Of a DNA stretch of 64,000 nucleotides, positions 57,800 through 64,000 are shown in pieces. The notes under the pieces were generated by a model that was given only the letters and a program-made list of their open reading frames with translations, was not told where the DNA came from and did no database searches. Numbering within the stretch: the stretch's first letter is position 1; each line of letters begins with the position of its first letter. Location: NCBI GenBank assembly GCA_964016885.1, contig OZ024740.1, positions 260,586,001 through 260,650,000 of the forward strand. Reading direction: 5' to 3'. The position numbers and the translations under genes were made by a program. Source of the stretch: Eledone cirrhosa (lineage: Eukaryota).

Positions 57800-59155
57800 A
57801 GTTCTATATAGTTCTGTACTGTGTTCTATACAGTACTGTGTTCTTCATAGTTCTATGTTCTATACAGTACTGTGTTCAATATAGTACTGTTCTATATAAT
57901 ACTGTGTTCTATATAGTTCTGTACTTTGTTCTATACAGTACTGTGTTCTTCATAGTTCTATGTTCTATACAGTACTGTGTTCAATATAGTACTGTTCTAT
58001 ATAATACTGTGTTCTATATAGTTCTGTACTTTGTTCTATACAATACTGTGTTCTTCATAGTTCTATGTTCTATACAGTACTGTGTTCAATATAGTACTGT
58101 TCTATATAATACTGTGTTCTATATAGTTCTGTACTTTGTTCTATACAATACTGTGTTCTTCATAGTTCTATGTTCTATACAGTACTGTGTTCAATATAGT
58201 ACTGTTCTATATAATACTGTGTTCTATATAGTTCTGTACTGTGTTCTATACAATACTGTGTTCTTCATAGTTCTATGTTCTATACAGTACTGTGTTCAAT
58301 ATAGTACTGTTCTATATAATACTGTGTTCTATATAGTTCTGTACTGTGTTCTATACAATACTGTGTTCTTCATAGTTCTATGTTCTATACAGTACTGTGT
58401 TCAATATAGTACTGTTCTATATAATACTGTGTTCTATATAGTTCTGTACTTTGTTCTATACAGTACTGTGTTCTTCATAGTTCTATGTTCTATACAGTAC
58501 TGTGTTCAATATAGTACTGTTCTATATAATACTGTGTTCTATATAGTTCTGTACTGTGTTCTATACAATACTGTGTTCTTCATAGTTCTATGTTCTATAC
58601 AGTACTGTGTTCAATATAGTACTGTTCTATATAATACTGTGTTCTATATAGTTCTGTACTTTGTTCTATACAGTACTGTGTTCTTCATAGTTCTATGTTC
58701 TATACAGTACTGTGTTCAATATAGTACTGTTCTATATAATACTGTGTTCTATATAGTTCTGTACTGTGTTCTATACAATACTGTGTTCTTCATAGTTCTA
58801 TGTTCTATACAGTACTGTGTTCAATATAGTACTGTTCTATATAATACTTGTTTCTACTTTTGGCACAAGGCCAGCAATTACCCAGTGCATTACTGGTACT
58901 TTATTTTATCGACCTCGTAAGGATGAAAGGCAAAGTTAACCTCAGCAGAATTTGAACTCAGATCATACATGGAGGTAACTCTATGCTTCAAAGCATGGCG
59001 TCCGACCCTCTACCGATACTGCCAATCCACTGTTCTATATAATACTGTGTTCTATATAGTTCTGTGCTGTGTTCTATACAGTACTGTTCTATATAATACT
59101 GTGTTCTATATAGTTCTATGTTCTATATAGTTCTGTACTGGTTCTATGTAGTTCT
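57800..59155. repeat. 105 bp higher-order satellite (~10 units) with a SINE A insertion at 58849-59029
   Basis: 35 aa periodicity in ORF 57838..58920. The SINE is flanked by duplicated CTGTTCTATATAATACT. Confidence 0.95.
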
Positions 59156-60646
59156 GTTTTAGTTATTTGTAGTGTTGGTTCTATGTCAGTTTAGAAGTTT
59201 TGTGTGACTGTTTGCTGTGTCTATACAACTATGCTTGTTCTTAATAACTCTATGTACATCTGTGTATGTTATACACTGATACTATGATTAATAACCTTCA
59301 TCCTTACGGGGTCGATAAAATAAAGTACCAGTAATGTACTGGGTAATTGCTGGCCTTGTGCCTAAAGTAGAAACAACTATGATTAACCTTACTAAATTTC
59401 TGTAGTACTAGTAAAGTGTTCTTGATTACTTCGTGACTATGCAGTGGATAGTAAAAACCATTGGAGAGTTGAACAAAATGGTTTCCAGTGTTTATTCCAA
59501 CCCTATACATTTCTGAGTTGAATTTTTGCTGAGCTCAACTTTGTCTTTCATCCTTCAATGATTGATAAAATAAAGTACCTGTTCCATATTGGGGGCAGGT
59601 GGCATTTAACAATTTTGAGACCATATTTCTATTGAAATTAATTAATGAAGAATTCTGAAGCAAATTACTAAGATAGTAACTTAACATATGGTTTTTGTAT
59701 AAATATTGCTGGAAAATTTTTATTTAAACAGGAATCTTTTAAAATATGTGGTTTTGTTTCATAGGACTAAAGTCTGAGTTTTGGCTGAAAAAAAAATGGT
59801 TAATTAACTTCACCCTTCCCTCCAAATTACTGGCCTTGTACCTAAATTAAGAACCATATTATTATATTTAAGCCAAACAATGTACCTTAATCTATTATAG
59901 TTAACATCCTGGACATAAGTGGCACCACTGTTATTTTACACCATGTAATAAGTTGGGGGTTTTTCTAGGAGAAAAAACATCCCATATTTTATATATGTGT
60001 CAGAAGCGCCCCCCCCCCCCCCTCCTCACACCACCATCACAACCAACACCAACACCAATTTTTACTATTCCAGCTGTGGTACTTTAGCTAAAAATGTTAG
60101 TTAATGGGTGTCAGATAGCACATATCACAAACAATAAAACACATTTGTATCTTACTGTTCTAAATGATTATTGTTCTACTTAAATCTAATTGCTACAATC
60201 TACCACACACTACAACATTGCTAATGACACAGCATGGCCAAATGGTTAGTTGCAGGTTCAATCCACATGTGTGGTGATATCTTGGACACATGTCATTTAT
60301 CATAGCCTCAAGTTGATGTGAGCCGTGTGAGTGAAATTGAGTAGACAGAAACTGTTTGGAAGCCTTTTGGATGGATTGAATTTACATGTAAGCCTGTTCA
60401 TGCACTATATCATGCTAAATCTCTTTGAGAATCATGTTATTGGTGCCTGTGGAATACTCAGCCACTTAGACATCAATTCCCCAAGTATATGTGTGTATAT
60501 ATATATATTTATATTGATACATACATACAGACACGTGTGGACATCATCATCATGTTTTACGGTCAGATGCCCTTCCTGGTGCCAACCCAAAATTGCCTCT
60601 AATAACACAGATATACAATAACTATATATATACATATATATAATAA

Positions 60647-61027
60647 TTGTTTCTACATTTGGCACAAGGCCAGCAATTACCCAGTACGTTACTGGTACTT
60701 TATTTTATCGACCCCGTAAAGATGAAAGGCAAAGTTAACCTCGGCAGGATTTGAACTCAGACCGTAAAGGACCGTAACTCTATGCTGCAAAGCATGGCGT
60801 CCAACCATCTACTGATACTGCCAATCCACCGCCCTTATATATATATATATGATAATAATTGTTTCTACGTTAGGCACAAGGCCAGCAATTACCCAGTGTA
60901 TTACTGGTACTTTATTTTATCGACCCCGTAAGGATGAAAGGCAAAGTTAACCTCAATGGGATTTGAACTCAGAATGGCAAGAGCCATGCGCCAAAGCATG
61001 GCATCCAACACTCTACCAATACTGCCA
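60647..61027 (-). mobile_element. Two tandem SINE family A copies
   Basis: Copies at ~60647-60834 and ~60859-61027. Confidence 0.9.
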
Positions 61028-61207
61028 AAATAATAGTAATAAATGAAAGATATATACTTTATATCATCTCTATTCATTTTATTATAGGAAAAGGTATGAC
61101 CCCGACGGCAGAGCTCAAGCCGTTTCGACGGCTATTTCTACTACCCTAAGTATTGAGTACTCTGGTGCGTTATGGTCCATCTGGTTCCTTACCACAATTC
61201 CTTCGTT

Positions 61208-61285
61208 CATTTTATTATATATATTTCAAAGATGCAAAGTTTTCTGTATAACACAAACCAGAACATGTCCTCTTCAGACAAAATA
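61208..61285 (-). ncRNA. Type I hammerhead ribozyme related to 15594-15656
   Basis: Stem I TATTTTGT/ATAAAATG, core CTGAAGA, extended imperfect stem II, GAAA, palindromic stem III ATATATAT, triplet AUA. Confidence 0.7.
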
Positions 61286-61703
61286 CATACGAGATGTATA
61301 ATTTTTCCATGATATGCTGGTAGCCAAACAAGATGGTGTGTGTGTAGAAGACAAATTTCTTAAATCTGTCTCATGTGAGTGAAATTAGTGAAAACTTTTG
61401 ATAACAGCTGTAATGAGTGTGTGTGAACCTCTGATCACAGTCTGTAACAAACTGGTATAGCCATATTCGGTCATCTGAATTTAAAACATACTCCTCTTCA
61501 TCCTTCTCTTCTTTCTCCTCTTCCTCTTCCTCTTCCTCTACTCCTCCTCATCCCTCTTCCCCTTCTAACCCCCCCCCCCCCCCATTTCACCTCTTCTTCC
61601 TCCTCCTTTCCCTAAATCTGTCAGAATTTTTAATAGCCAGGAAGTCAAAAAATGTTTCAGAAACTAACTGAAAGAAAAGAAAAGTAGTAGTAGCAGTAGC
61701 AAT

Positions 61704-61743
<40 letters not shown>

Positions 61744-62090
61744 ATAGTAGTAGTAGTAGCAATAGCAGCAGCAGTAGTAGCAGCAGCAGCAGCAGTAATA
61801 GTAGTAGTAGTGGTGGTGGTAGTGGTGGTAGTGGTGGTGGTAGTGGTAGTAGTGGTGGTGGTAGTAGTAGTTGTTGCTGTTGTATTTGTTTAGTTCCAAG
61901 TCATCAATAATCCAGCTAACTTATTGTCAATGGCGTTCCAGCTGTGACCATCCCATCATATCAGGAAATACATTGTCCAATGTGTCCAATCTTGTAAAAG
62001 GTGGTAAGCTTTTATTTAACCCTTGTCACCAATATTTCCAGCAAGAAAACATATTACCTTCATGTTTTAATTAGAAAAAATAATCCAGAA

Positions 62091-62311
62091 TACCAAGACT
62101 TGTCTGACTTGACTACTTCCTCTTAGTACTGGTCACCATCGAGACCTCTGGTGTCCTTGATCCCTGCACTGCCGATTTCTGTCACAAAATCAGAAATACA
62201 GCAGCCCACCTGAAGAAGGATCCTCGTGAGATGAGGAAGCTGTTGCAGCAGGTGTTGCTGGCCTTTCTCCGTGGCAATGCCTTCACCATTCTGTCTATGG
62301 AGCACAGCTGA
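62091..62311 (+). mobile_element. CRE-clade non-LTR element, C-terminal fragment
   Basis: A plus-strand frame absent from the ORF track reads LVLVTIETSGVLDPCTADFCHKI...DPREMRKLLQQVLLAFLRGNAFTIL*, matching the ETxG...QRGNAxxIL end of CRE RLE domains. Confidence 0.75.
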
Positions 62312-62511
62312 ATCACCGAGCAGACAGAGGTGTAGAGTCTGTCCTTCCCTCCCTCTCTCCATTTCCTTCGTTGCTTAATTCTCTTTTTTTTCTTTTTCTC
62401 CTACCCAGAAATATGAGTTTAGTGAAACAATTAACTTTCAACTTGACAATAAATGACAAATATTTCACCCGTTTGTAACGAGATTTCTAATGAAAGACTC
62501 TCTATTTCAAT

Positions 62512-62685
62512 TACCATATTTCCCGGTGTTGAAGACGCTACATTTTTCCTAAAATAATTGTCAAAAATCTACCATGCGCCCTGGAGGCCAAAGGTTGTTT
62601 ATTATTTTTTTTTTCAAATTTTTGGTTGTCAAAATTAGGGTGCGTCCTCGAGGATGAAGTGTCTCCGGTGCCGGGAAATATGGTA
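62512..62685. mobile_element. pogo/Tigger-like MITE
   Basis: TA|CCATATTTCCCGG...CCGGGAAATATGG|TA. Confidence 0.8.
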
Positions 62686-62744
62686 ATTAATGACAAATTT
62701 TAAGGGATTTATTAAAATTATTAATTATGTTGTTACTAAGATAA

Positions 62745-62917
62745 TTGTTTCTACTTTTTGGCACAAGGCCAGCAATTACCCAGTACATTACTGGTACTTT
62801 ATTTTATCGACCCCGTAAGGATGAAAGGCAAAGTTAACCTCGGCGGGATTTGAACTCAGATCATAAAGGGACATAACTATGCTAGAAAGCATGGCGTCTG
62901 ACCCTCTACCGATACTG
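62745..62917 (-). mobile_element. SINE family A inside a TTAA-ended MITE remnant
   Basis: Family A sequence. The host remnant ends ACCAAAAAGG|TTAA at ~63014 and resembles 41817-42090 and 59615-59790. Confidence 0.85.
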
Positions 62918-63353
62918 TGGAAGATTTTCATTTAATTAGGAACCTTTTAAAATGGGTTGTTTTGTTTCATAGAATCAGAGATGGTTTTGGTCAGGCTGCT
63001 ACCAAAAAGGTTAACCATTGAAATCTAATATTATCTGTCACCTAATAAAGGTTGCCGATTTATGCATAAGGCCAACTTTTTTTTTTGTAGGGGAGAGGAA
63101 GGTCGATTAAATCAACCTTAGTGTATTACTGGTACTTTATTTTATCAACCCCATAATTAGGGAAAGCAAAGCAAGCCTCAGTGGGATTTGAAATATGTCA
63201 TGAATGAATATTTTAGTTTTTGTTATTTTTATATGTATTTCTGTTTCATCCTTCTCTCTCTTCCCCTCTCTCTCTCCCTCACCTCTCATCGTGTCTCCCC
63301 CTCCTCTCACTCACTTATCATGTCTCCCCTTCCTCTCTCTCTCTTGTCTCCTC

Positions 63354-63387
<34 letters not shown>

Positions 63388-64000
63388 GCATTATTAACTG
63401 GACCAGAAAGAAAGAGGTATGTGGATGTGGGTGTATTTGTGCCTATGTGCATATGTATGTTAAATGATGATGATGATGTATGTGTGTTTGTGTGTGTGAG
63501 AGTGTATGTAAACATGTGTATTAAGTGAAGGTGATGATGATGTGTGTGTATGTGAGTGAAAGTGTGTGTCAGTATGTATGTGTGTAAGTGTGTGTATGTG
63601 TGAGTATGTGAGTAAGTGAGTGAGTGTATGTGTATATGATTGTGTGTGTATGAGTGTATGTTTGTATGTGAGTGCATGTTTGTGAATGTGTATGAGTATG
63701 TGTTTATGTGTGTGTATGTGAGTGTATGTGTGTGAGTGTATATGAGTAAGTGTATGTGTGTATGCAAGCATGTGTATGTATGTGTGTATCAGAGCTCTGT
63801 TAAAAGTAATAACCCCAGCCAAAATAAACAGCCATATTCAATATGTATAAAGAAAGTAATTACCATATGTATCCTGGGGTCAAATTGATTAACCCTTTCA
63901 TAATCACACTGACAATTAAATACACCAACTCTGTGTGTATATATATGTGCATGTGAGTGTATATGTCTGTGTATGTATGTATGTATATAGGTAGGTGTAT

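Noticed and set aside
57838-58920. 360 aa ORF
   Set aside because: It is the 105 bp satellite read in a stop-free frame and running into a SINE.
62123-62362. 79 aa minus-strand ORF as a host exon
   Set aside because: It is the antisense shadow of a CRE-like retroelement fragment.

Overview
AT-rich, microsatellite-saturated eukaryotic DNA. The SINE families and repeat content point to an invertebrate, most likely an octopod cephalopod. I found no intact host protein-coding exon, and nearly all ORF-track entries are (TA)n/(CA)n/(GA)n/(ACC)n artefacts. The window is a transposon mosaic. It holds a near full-length Penelope-like element (PLE; RT plus C-terminal GIY-YIG, inverted 5' pseudo-LTR) and a truncated relative. 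It also holds a 5'-inverted RTE LINE, fragments of RTE, Tx1, R4-like and CRE-like LINEs, chained non-autonomous Helitrons, mariner/pogo/piggyBac MITEs, about 20 tRNA-derived SINEs and several minisatellites. The most striking hidden signal is about 11 type-I hammerhead-ribozyme motifs, about half of them with an intact or known-variant core. They sit in the PLE pseudo-LTRs and in small non-coding elements, many of them fold-backs, embedded in or abutting (TA)n tracts. This looks like a population of retrozyme-like, non-autonomous PLE dependants that target TA microsatellites. A possible promoter/non-coding first exon near 46.0 kb coincides with an apparent onset of CpG decay downstream.
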